From contig QPMI01000535.1 in assembly GCA_004431415.1 (NCBI GenBank), positions 248,001 to 312,000 of the forward strand: a stretch of 64,000 nt of DNA, read 5' to 3'. Of this stretch, positions 62,476 through 64,000 are shown one piece after another. The DNA comes from Cyanophora paradoxa CCMP329. Taxonomy: Eukaryota > Plantae > Glaucophyta. The translations under genes were made by a program, and so were the position numbers. The first letter of the stretch is position 1, and every line of letters starts with the position of its first letter. The notes under the pieces are model-generated. The model did not search any database, was not told the origin of the DNA, and saw only the letters and a list, made by a program, of their open reading frames with translations.

Positions 62476-64000
62476 TTATGGCATTCTACAAAAATTAAGG
62501 TCGCATTGGAGAAGCTCGTATGTTCTGCCCTCTCGTTGTGCAATTTCCGCCATAAAGTCTGCATTTTCATTCATTATTGATTCAGCCATTCGTTCTGCTC
62601 GTGATTTTTTGGGTGCTGCCCTACTTGCTGGTGGTTGATCAGTTCTCACAACACTAAGACCATGCCCCTCGGCTGACCTCACCTCTAACCCCACATCTCC
62701 TTCGGCTGTTTGGGTCACATTAAGCTCTGGTGTTGAGTATTTATTACCTGCTCCTGCAATGGTTCTGTCTATGCAAGCACAACATAGAGCTCGGAATTTG
62801 TATGCAAGCACAAGTCCAAGAGCACCGAGAATCGGCAAGAGAATGAGAAGCACTAACGTTCCTGGATCCATTCCTGGCGATCCGACTGGATTTGTAGGAT
62901 TTGAGGGATTATTAGGTGTCGTGTTCGGATCTGGATCAGTTGTAGGGGATCTTTTGAATCGGGATCTGGCTTAGGTGTGTTTGGATTGGGATCGTTTGGT
63001 GGCGGTTCTGTCGACCCTGCTAATGATGTCGGCGCTGTGTATGCATTCGCAAACACGATGGGAGCCGTTGCTGGATTTCCTGTTGAAGACCCTGTAATTG
63101 CACCATAGGTATCTGAGAGATATTTATATAATTCCTTTGTCACAGGTGGATTGCTCACAGATCGGCACACCCAAATATTGCATGTAGTATCATAGACTGT
63201 GTCCCTGATAAATGGCGGTAGAGCTGTCCCACTAAATGACTCAAAGAGCCCATTTCTCGATAGCAACCTATGGGCTGCATCACAGTTCCCACCCTCGAAA
63301 TATTTGGTAGCCGAAATTGCACCTTGCACATAAATATTGCAAGTCGAGTGCATTCCGATGCTATTTAGGTTGGGAGTGTATCTATCATCGAGCCGGACAG
63401 TGCACACCCATGGGGAAGCGGTTTTAATATATTTCTTATCGCCCACTTCGATTACATCTGTATTTGGGTGGCTGTCAAGCTGAGTCCAAACAGCATCATA
63501 CCTGAAAGTGTAATAAACTAAGAGCCCATCAGTAGAGGATGTGAAAGCAAAGAAGGTCATAAAGTCCGTGGATCCAAAGAAGTCAGCATTGGTCGATGTT
63601 AGGGTGACTCTGGGATAGCTCATATCCACAGTCTCAGAAGGATATGGAATATAAGAGGTGTAATTGCGATTGAACAGGTAATAGTGAAATCCATCTGAGA
63701 CATTCGAGTGAGTGGGCAAGGTGACTGTTAAGGTCTTACTGCGATTTTCAAACGTGTTTTGTATGACAATATTGCAAGTATTAATATATCGAGAATCGAA
63801 AAAGTAATTATTTGTGACACTGTTATTGATCAGAGTCGCATTGGTTCCATTAAATACGAAATTCTGCCCATTTATTCTCGTAGTATGGAGGTCGGTCACA
63901 TCGAGAGGATACCTTATTTTCAAGCGGTCTTCGGGGTCAAATCGCGGAATAGTTCCTGTTGCCTTCCAATTGATAGTAAAGGGAGGAGAAAGGGACACAG
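62476..64000 (-). CDS. Viral membrane-anchored protein (ectodomain, P/D/N/T linker, TM, tail), split by one frameshift at ~62946; 5' end outside window
   Basis: The 381-aa ORF ends ...PDPDSKDP; removing one C from the C4 run continues TTDPDPNTTPNNPSNP...GTLVLLILLPILGALGLVLAYKFR (TM) to the stop at 62476. Confidence 0.75.

Larger units (their letters stand above)
57835..64000 (-). mobile_element. Left end of an endogenous DNA-virus-like element (Polinton-like virus/virophage/giant-virus fragment; class unresolved)
   Basis: Abrupt shift to AT-rich DNA; ~1.8 kb structured non-coding end followed by tightly packed, intronless, co-oriented fibre-like genes. No capsid, polymerase or integrase gene within the window; exact boundary uncertain. 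Confidence 0.8.

Overview
Eukaryotic nuclear DNA from a very GC-rich, intron-dense unicellular organism (alga/protist; species not determinable from sequence alone). Most long six-frame ORFs are GC shadow frames, and the real genes are split into many short exons. About 1-57.8 kb holds roughly 16 host genes. Recognisable ones are an archaeal-type alanine dehydrogenase/ornithine cyclodeaminase-family enzyme, a glutathione S-transferase, a QRICH2/DUF4795-like coiled-coil protein, a WSC-domain secreted protein and an SLC35B-like nucleotide-sugar/PAPS transporter. The most notable is a single-pass receptor with signal peptide, ~8 PSI-like repeats, a SEA-like GSVIV module, a TM helix, a SARM1-like TIR domain with intact catalytic Glu, and a C-terminal RING. 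Mobile DNA includes a 3.45-kb foldback element with 3-bp TGA target duplication, nested TA-MITEs and two families of short A-tailed retro-insertions with TSDs. Non-coding DNA is saturated with a stereotyped micro-insertion (X-rcX-X and X-C-rcX-G-X) that looks like a transposon excision footprint. From ~57.8 kb to the window end lies an AT-rich, intronless, virus-like element. It begins with a non-coding block carrying four origin-like inverted-iteron cassettes of two sequence families with a constant 52-54 nt spacer, followed by fibre/adhesin genes including a phage-type C1q fibre plus companion pair. All gene models and family calls were made by eye without database searches.
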